A stretch of DNA of 64,000 bases from an uncultured Nitrososphaerota archaeon (lineage in GTDB: Archaea; Thermoproteota; EX4484-205; JAAOZO01), in NCBI GenBank assembly GCA_964408285.1, contig CAYOYV010000001.1, positions 32,001-96,000 on the forward strand, given 5' to 3'. Below, in pieces: positions 1-10,345 of the stretch. The notes beneath the pieces were generated by a model. It saw only the letters and a program-made list of their open reading frames with translations. It did not search any database and had not been told where the DNA came from. A program made the translations under genes and the position numbers. Positions within the stretch are counted from its first letter, which is position 1, and each line of letters begins with the position of its first letter.

Positions 1-100
1 CTCTCAGAGCACGATACCCACGCCATAACATACCAGCCAGGGAGAAGATCGGGAAGCGAATGGCTTAAATCAGTGTTGTAAATCTCCTTGGAGGTCGAGA

Positions 101-964
101 ATGAGCAATTTCTCAGTGAACAGGAAGGGCCTGAGCGTCACTGCCATAATCGTAATCATAGCCATAATAGCCATAGTGGTCATGTCCGCCGGCTCATTCG
201 TGGTCTCGTTGTTGGCAGATTGGCTTCCTAGCTACTTCCCTATGCCACCGGGTACCAGGATAACGGGTTCCGGAACGCTTGTCACTAGAGAAATGGCTTT
301 CAGCGGATTCAGGGTGGTCGAGATAGGGAGCACATTCGAAGTTGAGATAACTAGAGCCGATTCCTATTACGTCAGCGTAACCGCCGATGACAACCTCTTC
401 GATTATGTTGACATCTCCAAAATGGGCGATACCTTGGTCCTGGATCTGAAGCAAGGCTACAGCTATTCATCGATAACTGTGAGAGCAAGAATCAAGATGC
501 CTGAGCTCAACGAACTGATACTATCAGGGGCGACGCGGGCCTACGTTGAGGATTTTGGTTCTTCGAATAGGTTGATCGTCAGCCTATCTGGAGCCAGCTC
601 TCTGGATATGGAAGATATGTCAGTCGGAGGACTGGAGATTGGCGTTTCGGGTGCAAGCATTGCCCGAGGAGATGTCGTGAGCAGCGGAGATGTCAAGTTG
701 ACCTTGTCTGGGGCCAGTAGGAGTGAGCTTAGCGGCAGGGGCAGGAATCTTGTGTTGAGTGTTTCTGGAGCCAGTGATGCAAAGCTGTCTCGGTTCTCAG
801 TTCACGATGCATACGTCAAGCTCAGCGGGGTTAGTAACGCATCAATAGATCTTGATGGCAGACTAGATGCGAACCTCAGCGGTGGCTCAGGACTGACCTA
901 CAGCGGAACTGCAACTCTCGGAGAGATCGAGATCTCCAGCGGTTCAACGATCAAGCGAGGATAA
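101..964 (+). CDS. DUF2807 / head GIN-domain (adhesin-like beta-helix) membrane-anchored protein
   Basis: N-terminal hydrophobic helix, then repeated 'LSGAS' beta-helix motifs; TTAAAT at 65-70 and GGAGGT RBS at 90-95. Confidence 0.85.
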   Translation: MSNFSVNRKGLSVTAIIVIIAIIAIVVMSAGSFVVSLLADWLPSYFPMPPGTRITGSGTLVTREMAFSGFRVVEIGSTFEVEITRADSYYVSVTADDNLFDYVDISKMGDTLVLDLKQGYSYSSITVRARIKMPELNELILSGATRAYVEDFGSSNRLIVSLSGASSLDMEDMSVGGLEIGVSGASIARGDVVSSGDVKLTLSGASRSELSGRGRNLVLSVSGASDAKLSRFSVHDAYVKLSGVSNASIDLDGRLDANLSGGSGLTYSGTATLGEIEISSGSTIKRG

Positions 965-1166
965 CTCAATAAGCTTTAGCCTGAGTCATCTTTCTGAGGT
1001 TCTCGAATCCTCCAAATCGTACTTATGATGGGTTTGCGTTCACTTGCCCGGTGACTGCTCCGCGGGCGGCTCAATTAGATGGCTGACTCTTCCGTTCTAG
1101 AAGCAGAAATCGCTTACAAGCCGGCAAACCTTATTGCATGCTATCTAGATATATGTCCAATTCCAT

Positions 1167-1531
1167 ATGTATGCAATCGTGGAGGGTCTGATTGATCGTC
1201 TCCTGATTTTGCATCAGGTAACTCTCCTTCTTTTCCTGCCGGTTTGATTGGAGTTGTATCGTCCATTCTGTGATTCTTGCGCAAGTTAGATAGACATGCC
1301 TCCTCAAATCGCTTTCTTCCTGTCTCCATTCTGTTGCCAGCGCGGAAGGAGGAATCTACTATGGTACCATGTGTCCGCTCGTTGCTTGCTCAGGACTATC
1401 CTGGCTTCGAAGTCCTTGCATTGTACGATGGCGACATAGAAGATGGAACAGGTAACCTTTTGCACGCCCTTGCAGACATTATGTTCAAACCTTCAAAGAA
1501 GGTATCTTCAGGTTGTTGCTTTCAAGACTGA
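1167..1531 (+). pseudogene. Degraded GT2 glycosyltransferase 5' fragment
   Basis: VSILLPARKEE...VRSLLAQDYPGFEV is a GT2 N-terminal motif. The upstream hydrophobic segment from ATG 1167 is disrupted by a frameshift and an in-frame TGA, and the gene is truncated after about 120 codons. Confidence 0.7.
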
Positions 1532-1547
1532 CTATTCTCTATCTTCG

Positions 1548-2357
1548 CTATATTATTCGTACTTCCTCCATTCCGACGCCTCTCATCTTGCTTAGGAGAT
1601 ACACATCAATGAGTATGAGGGCTATTAGCCATCCGACTAGCGACACCGAGGCAAGGTTAACGTCCACCAAAGTATTGGCGCCAGGCATGAAGAACCCCCC
1701 CGTTGGGGGAATGTCTCCCGAATAGTAGTAATAGCAAAGTGAAGTTATGCAATTGAACGGGGAGACATATACCGCACTCCCGAAATTGATCCAGAGACTA
1801 ATATAGGGCAGGAAACCGAGGACGAGCGGAACGAAAGAAATGAAGGAGGCGGCCCTAGGCGCCCTCAGGTAGACCAGAAGGAGGCTCAGAAATAGCGAGA
1901 GCAAATATTCGAACAGAGCTGCCAAAAGTATGATCAGCGAGAGCCCTATTGGAGCTTTGGGCAATGGCGTCAGCCCGAACTTGCTTGAGAAAACGCCTAG
2001 CAGTGATACGAACATTACGCCTGAGATGACGAGCAATGCAAGCACGGAGGACAAGAGATTCTCCGCAAGAAAGCGAGAAGGTGAAAGCTTCGTGTATTTC
2101 GTTATATACCGAACGGACTTCGATGCGTACAGGATGGTCATGGCTATTCCAGAGGCAGCAGACGAGATGGACAGTATGACAATCGGCCCGAATGCAGTTG
2201 CACAATAACCCAGTACCGCGGCTTCGACGTTCGGTATCCCCGTCCCGAATACATACACCCACATGAACACCCAGAATTCGACGAAAGCTATTGACCAAAA
2301 AAGTAGGTAGGGATTGGTCAGCAAAGACCTCAGATTCATCCACAGGTATTTCGTCAT
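1548..2357 (-). CDS. ABC transporter permease
   Basis: About 6 TM helices; overlaps the stop of the upstream ABC ATPase. Confidence 0.8.
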   Translation of the reverse strand: MTKYLWMNLRSLLTNPYLLFWSIAFVEFWVFMWVYVFGTGIPNVEAAVLGYCATAFGPIVILSISSAASGIAMTILYASKSVRYITKYTKLSPSRFLAENLLSSVLALLVISGVMFVSLLGVFSSKFGLTPLPKAPIGLSLIILLAALFEYLLSLFLSLLLVYLRAPRAASFISFVPLVLGFLPYISLWINFGSAVYVSPFNCITSLCYYYYSGDIPPTGGFFMPGANTLVDVNLASVSLVGWLIALILIDVYLLSKMRGVGMEEVRII

Positions 2358-3160
2358 TTCATCTCACTTTCAGCAAGCTCATATATCCTATCAAGGTTCT
2401 CCAAGCTCGTCAAGAGAGGTCTATTCCCAATTCCTTTGCAGATGCTTACAGGCTTCCCCGAGACCCTGAAATTGAGGACTGCATCCGGCTCCTCGGAGAA
2501 GGATATTTCAGCCTTCAGCAAATCATTGACTGAAACTGGCCCGTACATCAGCCCCTCGAACATGAAGAACACCAGCCAATCCTGCAAGCTTCTCAGTAAC
2601 CAAGTCTCATGAGTATTCAGTATGACCAGGCCTCTGTAGCTGTCCAAGTGCTTAGTCAACTTTCCCTTCTTCGCTGGATCCAATTGCTCAAATGGTTCAT
2701 CAAGCAGTACGTGATTTGCCTTGGATGCCAATGCCATTGCGGTACAGACGATTTTCCTTTGACCGGCTGACAGCTCATTTATTCTTCTTTTCTTTAGAAA
2801 ATCGCGTTCCAGGCCCAGATCCCTTGATATGTCATATGCCACGCCGGCATCGCCATCGACCAAGTCCATATATAGTGAGATCAGATTCTGGCAATCAGTC
2901 ATCAGGAGAGTATAGACCTCTTCGAAGTTTGCCGAGACTAATCCGATCGTGGCGTATATGTCCCCCATTTTCTTGCCATCGATCAGGATCTCCCCCGAGG
3001 AGACATTGGTCAGACCACATATCGCCCTGAAGAGCGTGGTCTTCCCTGAACCGTTCGGTCCTAAGATCAACGATTTCTGGTCCAATGCCGTGTTGATCCC
3101 CTTCAGAACTGGCTCCTGATGCCTCCCATAGTCGACTTGGAGACGGCTTATTGCTATCAT
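2354..3160 (-). CDS. ABC transporter ATP-binding protein
   Basis: Walker A GPNGSGKT, signature LSAGQ, Walker B LLDEP; ORF open to 3175. Confidence 0.92.
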   Translation of the reverse strand: MIAISRLQVDYGRHQEPVLKGINTALDQKSLILGPNGSGKTTLFRAICGLTNVSSGEILIDGKKMGDIYATIGLVSANFEEVYTLLMTDCQNLISLYMDLVDGDAGVAYDISRDLGLERDFLKKRRINELSAGQRKIVCTAMALASKANHVLLDEPFEQLDPAKKGKLTKHLDSYRGLVILNTHETWLLRSLQDWLVFFMFEGLMYGPVSVNDLLKAEISFSEEPDAVLNFRVSGKPVSICKGIGNRPLLTSLENLDRIYELAESEMK

Positions 3161-3239
3161 TAGCCATTGGAGCACCGGTGTGGCTTATATCTGTTGTAGG
3201 GATTGCAGCGTTAATCTGGCTCAAGGAAGCCGACCAAGG

Positions 3240-4076
3240 TCAAGAGGAGATATCCTTGATGTACAATTTTCCGATCTCTGGCACGATGATTTCAGCCTTG
3301 AGTATGAATTTGACCTGAACGAGAAACGCATTGTATTGATCGCTATTTCCGTGGAACAGAACAACCATCTTTGAACGAAGGTCAAGAGCCATCTTTGCTG
3401 CGTCATCAGGACTGGCTGTCGGCGAGGCACCTCCGACAGGAAGAAACGCTACGTCCGCAGGACCGAGAAGTGCAACTTGAGGTGTATATCCGGAATCGCC
3501 CCCGTGAAAAACCCTAAGGCCATCGGCTTCAAATGCCACTAGTGTGATATTGCTCCCATGGATCCCGGGAACGGTTCTCAGAATGATATCGCCTCCTGCG
3601 AGGCTCACCCTGAATACCTCTCCTCCCTTCATCTTGATCAACTTGGAAGAAGGAATCTTGCCGCTCAGTGAATCGTAAACTGATGATTCGGCAAAGACGA
3701 GGCACTTTGTTGCTTCATAGATCTTCTGAGCAACGTCTATGTTGAAATGATCAGAATGGACATGAGTGTAAACAAGTAGATCCAATTTCGAAATGTCCGA
3801 GATCTGGCCGCTCGAGAGCATGCCTCCGACGTCAATCGCCGCAACAAGATTCCTCGTCCTCAGTAATATGCCGCTCGAGCCGAGATAGACAAAGCCGACC
3901 TGAAAAAGGGACAGCTGAGCTGAGCATAGCTTTGCGATATCAGACTCTGGCTTGCGAGACATGACATACAAGACGCCGCCAATGACTGCCAAGATCACGA
4001 ATGCGGCAGCTATGATGATGAGCTTCGAGAATCGCAATTTGAGATCGCATCCAATGGCCAGACAGGATTTAAGCAA
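3240..4076 (-). CDS. Membrane-anchored MBL-fold metallo-hydrolase
   Basis: THVHSDH motif, HGGDSG, LPVGG; N-terminal TM helix; true start may be about 4040. Confidence 0.85.
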   Translation of the reverse strand: MLKSCLAIGCDLKLRFSKLIIIAAAFVILAVIGGVLYVMSRKPESDIAKLCSAQLSLFQVGFVYLGSSGILLRTRNLVAAIDVGGMLSSGQISDISKLDLLVYTHVHSDHFNIDVAQKIYEATKCLVFAESSVYDSLSGKIPSSKLIKMKGGEVFRVSLAGGDIILRTVPGIHGSNITLVAFEADGLRVFHGGDSGYTPQVALLGPADVAFLPVGGASPTASPDDAAKMALDLRSKMVVLFHGNSDQYNAFLVQVKFILKAEIIVPEIGKLYIKDISS

Positions 4077-4102
4077 TTACCTGAATCGTATGTCTTCTTA
4101 TG

Positions 4103-4636
4103 CTAGAGCTCGAGGTACATCCTAACCATGCCGAAGTAGCCATCTCTCGTTGAGGACATCTTCGGTATAACTCCCGCAATCTTGAATCCGGCTTTCTCGT
4201 AAACATGTCTAGCCCTTTCATTCCTGTCTACAACATCCAGCACGATCAACTTGAGGCCTGCTTTCCTCGATTCCTCAATGAGAAGCCCGATCAGCTTAGT
4301 CCCTATGCCGAGGTTTCTGTAGTCCCTTGCGATGGATATCCCAAGCAATCCCACATGGCTTTCGCTCCCACTGCCTTTTGCTACTTCAGAGTTCCCGACA
4401 GCCTTGCCATCGACTTCGACGACAATCCCTATCACCCGTCCCTTCTCGACATTCGTAAGGTATCTGGCGAGCCATTCGACTTCTTCATCTCTAGTGACCT
4501 TCTGATTCCTGATTATGTCGGCTCCTTCTTCAACGAGTGAGTTGATCAGTTCCAAGAAATCGTCAAGATCCTCCCACCTGGGGGTTCTGAAGACTACCCT
4601 TCTCCCCTTCTTCGATGGGAATTCCATGTAGCGCAT
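4103..4636 (-). CDS. GNAT family N-acetyltransferase
   Basis: YRNLGIG acetyl-CoA motif; NERARHVYEKAGF. Confidence 0.9.
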   Translation of the reverse strand: MRYMEFPSKKGRRVVFRTPRWEDLDDFLELINSLVEEGADIIRNQKVTRDEEVEWLARYLTNVEKGRVIGIVVEVDGKAVGNSEVAKGSGSESHVGLLGISIARDYRNLGIGTKLIGLLIEESRKAGLKLIVLDVVDRNERARHVYEKAGFKIAGVIPKMSSTRDGYFGMVRMYLEL

Positions 4637-4886
4637 CCTTGGAGCACATGCTAGATTGCACTGCCGATTTAAATCTCAATCCGTCCATTCCCCCAATTGC
4701 TCGGCAGATTCAGTCTCATGTCGGAATACTCCGCGATTTTACGGGACCTTTCACCGGGGGATTCTGACGCATCACGCGCGATGACCGAACTTGACCCTCA
4801 TATCTGGGAATCAAGGCGCGAAAGTAACAGAAAGACATTTTGGGTTCACCGAGAGATAGTTGCGGGCTTGGAGGATTGAGGCAGCC

Positions 4887-5879
4887 ATGGTTGTGAACGG
4901 AAGAGATGTTCCCGGTTTCGATTTTCATGGGCTCCTGTCAGTCCAGTACATCCTATCGAATAGGAGATTCAGGAAGATTATCTTGGAGCCGCCCGATTTC
5001 AATCCTGGGTCTTGGAGAGGCGCTGGGAAAGTACTCCTTGACACTGATGATGGAAGCTTCTGGTTGACCACTAGGCCCCGAAAGGCTCATCCGATTAGGG
5101 GGTATGCTGTCGAGATATATCGATCAGAGGACGGGGAGAATTTCAGCCTAAAGTCAGAACTAGCAAGGGAGTCAGTTGGGTCGATAGCCAACTTGACAGT
5201 CAACAGCATCGAGGGTCAACAGCTCCTAAGGGATCCCTTGACGGGCAAGTACCATTTGTACCTCTCAGTGGATACGCCGCCCCGGGGCTGGGAGACCCTC
5301 CTGCTGAGGAGTGAGGATCCCACAGGGCCTTGGAATGCCGAAGGAGTTGTTCTAAGCCGAGATGCGGCATACGATTCATTGGAGGCGAGGGATGCAACCA
5401 TAGACCTGATCGATGGTCGATATTTCGCGATGTACAAGGCGAATGACGGGAGAAGCGTCAGAATGGCTCTTGCAATCAGCCGCGATGGCATAGTATGGGA
5501 GAAGCATGGAGTTCTGAAGCTAGACGGCATGCCCCAACCTGATTACCTCTTACTCTGTGGCAAGATCTTCCCAGGCACCAGGGGCCCCGTTTTCATCGGA
5601 TCTGAAGGAAAGACTGTCATAGAATCTGCTTCAGTGACGGATACATTGACATCCTATAGACTTGACTACCCGAACCTCAACCTCGAAAGGCTATTCTCAG
5701 GCCGTTGGGAGCCTCTCTCTCCATTCGAGAGGAATGATTACCCGATCCACAGCTACGTCGACATGGTATATGATACATCCAGAGAAAGATTGCTCATATA
5801 TATCGAGGCCATAGACCCTGGGGGCCTGGGATTGAATAAGGAAGTGGACAGAGTACTGCTATACGAAGTGCCTGTCTGA
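4887..5879 (+). CDS. Five-bladed beta-propeller glycoside hydrolase-like protein
   Basis: Repeated blade motifs (YHLYLS, EARDATID, YFAMYKA, LAISRDGIVW); ORF open from 4860. Confidence 0.65.
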   Translation: MVVNGRDVPGFDFHGLLSVQYILSNRRFRKIILEPPDFNPGSWRGAGKVLLDTDDGSFWLTTRPRKAHPIRGYAVEIYRSEDGENFSLKSELARESVGSIANLTVNSIEGQQLLRDPLTGKYHLYLSVDTPPRGWETLLLRSEDPTGPWNAEGVVLSRDAAYDSLEARDATIDLIDGRYFAMYKANDGRSVRMALAISRDGIVWEKHGVLKLDGMPQPDYLLLCGKIFPGTRGPVFIGSEGKTVIESASVTDTLTSYRLDYPNLNLERLFSGRWEPLSPFERNDYPIHSYVDMVYDTSRERLLIYIEAIDPGGLGLNKEVDRVLLYEVPV

Positions 5880-5913
5880 GTTGTCACGCGCGCGAGCGAT
5901 AGGGCTCCAGTCA

Positions 5914-6132
5914 TCAAACCCGTTTCGACCAAGCATCCTTCAGCTCTAGGGCAAAGGCGTCTTCGTCTTTTTCTATTCTCTTTTTCACTTCCTTCCAAGC
6001 GGCCGGACAGTTTTTGTATCTCTTTCTAACAATCCTGTGGATGACCTTGTCTAGCTCCTTCTTGTTGTCACCCGTCACTTCCACGCGTGCTTTGGCGAAC
6101 AAGCTTTGGAGATGCCTAAAATAGCAGGTCAA
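5914..6132 (-). CDS. Small hypothetical protein (72 aa)
   Basis: AAGGTGA RBS before TTG; plausible helical protein (CYFRHL...CPAAWKEVK). Confidence 0.7.
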   Translation of the reverse strand: MTCYFRHLQSLFAKARVEVTGDNKKELDKVIHRIVRKRYKNCPAAWKEVKKRIEKDEDAFALELKDAWSKRV

Positions 6133-6247
6133 TGAGACTCACCTTGTAGAATGAGAGCCAGACGCCCTTCTTAACGATATCGTGTTGCGCGCGCGGTCGG
6201 CAATTCCTTTTATAATCGGCCTTGACCGGCTGTTTCGAACCTTCACG

Positions 6248-7153
6248 ATGAGGGTGAATCTCGCTTGGCTGTATGCGATAACCAAGTATGGATATCCTCC
6301 TTCGTTGTCAAATACATATAACGCGATAGACGATGCAACCAGACTTGGATTCGAGGCGATAGAGCTTGAGGTCTGTAGGGAGCAGAATCTGATTGAGCTG
6401 GAACAGAACAAGGAGAAGTTGAAGAACTACCTCGAGACAAAGCATCTGAAAACTGTCAACGTAGCGGCGATCTTTCCGGAGCTTCTCTCAGGGGATGACA
6501 AATCGAGGGACAAGGGCCTTCGTCTCTTTGCGAGAACAACTGAGCTTGCAAGCTTCTTTGGAGCGCCACTAACGCAGACGGACACCTTCACGCCTCCAGT
6601 TGAATACATCGGAGCTCGACCCTACAGCACGACGATAGCATTTGCTGAAAGATACCGGGTAAGGATACCTTCGGGCTTTTCTTGGAATTCATACTGGAAG
6701 AGAATAGTGGATATCCTGTCCAGATGCGCGGTTATGGCTGATGAACGCCACCTGAAGTTTGCAATCGAGCCCCGTGTGGGAGAGAACGTAAGCAACTCAG
6801 ATCTCATGCTCAGACTGATCGATGAGATAGGAATGGAGAACTTCGGCGCCGTACTTGATGCTGGGCATCTTCACGCACAAAAGGAACTTCTACCCATCTC
6901 AATAGAGAAGCTCAACACGAAGATCCTCTATGTTCATGTATCGGACAATGATGGAAGGGACAATTATCATCGCGCTCCAGGAAAGGGCACCATAGACTGG
7001 GAAGCAGTATTTGAAGGGCTGAGAAAATACGATTTCAAGGGGCATATTGCAGTAGATGTAGGAGGAAAGGACATCGAGGACAGACTTGATCAGGAGGTCC
7101 TTCAAGCGAAAGGCTTCGTCGAGCGGATGGGAAAGAAGTACAGTCTATGGTAG
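6248..7153 (+). CDS. Sugar phosphate isomerase/epimerase (xylose-isomerase-like TIM barrel)
   Basis: GFEAIEL, AIEP, DAGH, HVSDNDG, GKGTIDW motifs; TTTTATAA at about 6207. Confidence 0.88.
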   Translation: MRVNLAWLYAITKYGYPPSLSNTYNAIDDATRLGFEAIELEVCREQNLIELEQNKEKLKNYLETKHLKTVNVAAIFPELLSGDDKSRDKGLRLFARTTELASFFGAPLTQTDTFTPPVEYIGARPYSTTIAFAERYRVRIPSGFSWNSYWKRIVDILSRCAVMADERHLKFAIEPRVGENVSNSDLMLRLIDEIGMENFGAVLDAGHLHAQKELLPISIEKLNTKILYVHVSDNDGRDNYHRAPGKGTIDWEAVFEGLRKYDFKGHIAVDVGGKDIEDRLDQEVLQAKGFVERMGKKYSLW

Positions 7154-7211
7154 ATAGGCAATTGATGGGAGTGCTTCGAAGAAAACGCGCCGGAGATGAT
7201 GTCTCAGGGAG

Positions 7212-8177
7212 ATGAAAGCCACCGCGACAGCACATCCGATTCAAGGCCTGATTAAGTACCATGGGCTAAGTGACCCAATCCTGAGAATTCCCTTCCATGA
7301 CAGCATATCAGTCTGTGCGGGTGCTTTGGTTACAACTACCACCGTCGAAACAGATCCGGAGATCGGCGATGATTCGATTGTGGTAAACGGAAGGCAGATG
7401 CTTGGGAGAGACAGAGAACGCGCGGAAATTGTCTTGGGCAAACTCAGATCGATGGCTGGATATTCTGGCCACCTCAAGGTTATGTCGATGAACAGCATTC
7501 GCGAAGGCAAGGGGCTCGGCTTTTCTGCATCTGGATTTGCCGCACTCGGTCTGAGTGCATCGGCGGCCCTCGGCATTGACCTCGATGAAGTGTCCCTATC
7601 CGAGGTGGTCAGATTGGGCGCGGGTTCTGCAACGAGAAGTCTTTCTGGCGCTTTTTCGATATGGTATGCGAACAAAGATGGCAAGTCGTATGCGGAGCAA
7701 ATTGCCAAAGGCGAGGGACTGGATCTGTTGATGATCATCGTGCCAATCCCATCGTCGATTAGAACTGATGAAGCTCATATCGAGGTGCTTAGCTCTCCCC
7801 TTTTCGATGCGAGGCTCAAGCGCGTTCCCGACATGATTGAATCGATGAGAAAATCAATAGCGATGCGCGATATTCCGGCCATTGCAGGGCTTGCCGAGGA
7901 AGACTCGCTAAATCTTCATGCCATAACAATGACTGGAAAATCACACATGGTCCTCTGGGAGCCGGAGACAGTAGGTGTCATCAAGGAGGTCATCAGAATG
8001 CGTGAGGAAGGGATACCCGCTTGGTACTCAATTGACACAGGACCTTCAGTCTTCGTGAACACCTTGAAGCATCGGGCCCAAGAAGTGCAAAGCAGACTCA
8101 TGGAGAAAGTCTCGGGAGAAACGATCCTCAGTGACGTGGGAGATGGGGCCACCCTAGGTGGAAGCCCACTTTTCTGA
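7212..8177 (+). CDS. mvaD: Phosphomevalonate/diphosphomevalonate decarboxylase (haloarchaea/Chloroflexi type)
   Basis: MKATATAHPIQGLIKYHG N-terminus, GHMP motif KGLGFSASGFAAL, RLGAGSATRS, YSIDTGPSVFVN. Confidence 0.9.
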   Translation: MKATATAHPIQGLIKYHGLSDPILRIPFHDSISVCAGALVTTTTVETDPEIGDDSIVVNGRQMLGRDRERAEIVLGKLRSMAGYSGHLKVMSMNSIREGKGLGFSASGFAALGLSASAALGIDLDEVSLSEVVRLGAGSATRSLSGAFSIWYANKDGKSYAEQIAKGEGLDLLMIIVPIPSSIRTDEAHIEVLSSPLFDARLKRVPDMIESMRKSIAMRDIPAIAGLAEEDSLNLHAITMTGKSHMVLWEPETVGVIKEVIRMREEGIPAWYSIDTGPSVFVNTLKHRAQEVQSRLMEKVSGETILSDVGDGATLGGSPLF

Positions 8178-8192
8178 GCTTGGCCATTCCGA

Positions 8193-8765
8193 CTATGCGA
8201 ACCTATTCCACCACATGATGCTCTCAAGGGGCCTCTTTGGAACATGAAGGGTGCCATTGTCATCAAGCCAGTACTTGACGTTATCGCCTATCATCGCTTC
8301 CGCGATGGATGTCTCGGCAGGATAGCCAAGTGAAACCACAAGGACTATTTCCAGCCCGATGGGAATATTGAGAGCGATTCTTAGCTTGTCCCTGTCAATT
8401 GAGCCAAGGATACATGAACCCAATCCCTCATCGTGAGCGACTAGACTAATGCTCATCGCTGCTATTCCTGCATCATGACCCGGGTCCTTTCTTATCGCTC
8501 TGTCAAGGAGGATTACTATGTAGGCTTTCGGCTTCTCCGTGGGTTCATGACCATAACTAGGGAGATATCCTGCCCATTTCAGCGTTGCAAAAACCCGTTC
8601 AAGTAGATCGGGTTCGTCGATCACGAGGTACTTCAATCCCTGGAGATTCGATCCGCAGGGTGAGAGCCTTGCGGCATCCACACATTTTACAAGGGCCTCT
8701 CGCGGCGCCTCCCTCTGCAAATACTTCCTTATTGTTCTCCTGCCAATGATCCTCTCGTAGATCAT
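8193..8765 (-). CDS. Nitroreductase family protein
   Basis: RRTIRKY, ARLSPCGSNLQ, GLGSCILG, LGYP. Confidence 0.9.
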   Translation of the reverse strand: MIYERIIGRRTIRKYLQREAPREALVKCVDAARLSPCGSNLQGLKYLVIDEPDLLERVFATLKWAGYLPSYGHEPTEKPKAYIVILLDRAIRKDPGHDAGIAAMSISLVAHDEGLGSCILGSIDRDKLRIALNIPIGLEIVLVVSLGYPAETSIAEAMIGDNVKYWLDDNGTLHVPKRPLESIMWWNRFA

Positions 8766-8954
8766 GCTCTGGGAATGTTGTAGGAGCTAAAATGGATTTT
8801 GCTGAGCCAGCCTAAGATGACGGTCGGGCGTCACACGCGTGCAGAATGCTATGGTGAACATGCATCATGCTGGCTTGGAAGGAGAAACGCGCGCTCTTTG
8901 TGCAGGGGAGGCTGCTCTCATGCCCAACGCTTCTGGAATGTGTAAAGAGTGGCA

Positions 8955-9719
8955 TTATCCGATGTTTTCTTCGTCGAGGAAATGGGTTTTGGTCTTGAAA
9001 CGTTTTTCGATCTTCTGTGCTAGGGCCTTGACTCCCGGCACCTCAGACGCGTAATGGCTTGCCAGTATCATGTTTACTCCCAATTCCTTTGCTACGAGCC
9101 TGCCAAACATCAGAGCTTCTCCGGTGACAAAGGTGTTGCAGCGAAGATTCTTTGCCTCATGAATCCATTCAGGGCGGCCTCCCCAGCCTGTCACTACCGC
9201 TATCCCCCCAAGCCGTTTGGATGCCATCCGCACCTGAGGTTTCATCCTAGTGACGCCTTCTAATCTGTGTACGAAATCTCGAAGATTGGTTCCTGAGTGC
9301 CCATAGACCCCGCTGTACTTTCCCGTTTCCGGATCGCGTATCAGCTCCCCTTCCACCTTCAAACCGATGGCAGAAGCAAATGAGGATGCTGTGCCGAAAT
9401 GCTTGGCTTGATCCAGGGCCTTATGGGCGACATACAGAGACAACCCGGAATCCCTCGAGATTCTGTATTTGTCCTCATAAAGAAATCCATCAGTGAACAG
9501 AGAGGCAGGATGATGAGTCACAAGGAGCCCCAGATCTCGTCCAACAGCCTGTCCGATTGTCTGAAGGGATAGGTTGACCCCGAGACCTACTGATTTCACG
9601 GATTGCTTCCCTTCCACCAATAGGCCTTCATGTTCTCTCTCGCTTCGATACTTCTCCATCTCCAGTAGTTCGTCGAGATAACCAGCGATGTCACTCAATC
9701 TCCATGATTGCCCTCTCAT
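8955..9719 (-). CDS. Nif3-like dinuclear metal centre protein
   Basis: VTHHP, YVAHKALD, FVTGE, SHYASE motifs. Confidence 0.88.
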   Translation of the reverse strand: MRGQSWRLSDIAGYLDELLEMEKYRSEREHEGLLVEGKQSVKSVGLGVNLSLQTIGQAVGRDLGLLVTHHPASLFTDGFLYEDKYRISRDSGLSLYVAHKALDQAKHFGTASSFASAIGLKVEGELIRDPETGKYSGVYGHSGTNLRDFVHRLEGVTRMKPQVRMASKRLGGIAVVTGWGGRPEWIHEAKNLRCNTFVTGEALMFGRLVAKELGVNMILASHYASEVPGVKALAQKIEKRFKTKTHFLDEENIG

Positions 9720-9821
9720 AAGGTCCCGTATTCACCTCCAGTCATTTAAGGCTTCGAGAAGGAGACGAGATGCCCTAAACCAGTTTTGTCCGGACTCTCA
9801 TTGACAGACCGGAGACTTGAT

Positions 9822-10319
9822 TCATGCGCCCAGTTGTTCTATTTTTCTCCTAGCCTCTTCGAGGATCTTCTTAGTCTGCTCCAATTTCTCCTCTGATGAG
9901 AGAACCCCAAGCTGTCTGATCGCAATGCCGATTTGCACGAGTTCTGATCTAAGCCCGAGCATCTTCGCACTGTGGTTCACGAACATTCTCTTCTTCCCAA
10001 ATGCCTCCAGCTCATTCCTGTGGCTCTCTAGATACTTCCTTCCCTCATCCGTGATCTGGTAGACCCTTTTCCCTTCCCTTGAGATGATGCTCGCGTATCC
10101 CATGTCCTCCAACAAACTCAGGGTCGGATAGATTAGGCCAGAGCTCGGGAAATACCAGCCACCATATCGTTCTGCGATCTTCTTCGACAATTCATATCCA
10201 TGCGAGGGTCCATCCTTCAGAGCCTCTAGGACGACCAGCTTGGCGAAGCCACGAGGTAGTCCAGAGAATCCTCGCATCATATGCCCCCTGGGTCCAGGTC
10301 CCCACCATGCCCCCCACAT
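9822..10319 (-). CDS. PadR family transcriptional regulator
   Basis: PSHGYEL, PSSGLIYPTL, KRVYQITDEGR; ATG 10319 chosen from the TATA position (ORF open to 10403). Confidence 0.9.
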   Translation of the reverse strand: MWGAWWGPGPRGHMMRGFSGLPRGFAKLVVLEALKDGPSHGYELSKKIAERYGGWYFPSSGLIYPTLSLLEDMGYASIISREGKRVYQITDEGRKYLESHRNELEAFGKKRMFVNHSAKMLGLRSELVQIGIAIRQLGVLSSEEKLEQTKKILEEARRKIEQLGA

Positions 10320-10329
10320 TCGAGATACG

Positions 10330-10345
10330 TCATGATATATCGTGA
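10330..10345. promoter_or_regulatory. Candidate PadR operator (near-palindrome TCATGATATATCGTGA)
   Basis: 16-bp inverted repeat with one mismatched pair, between the TATA-like ATTTAAAT (about 10352-10359) and the padR start. Confidence 0.6.
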
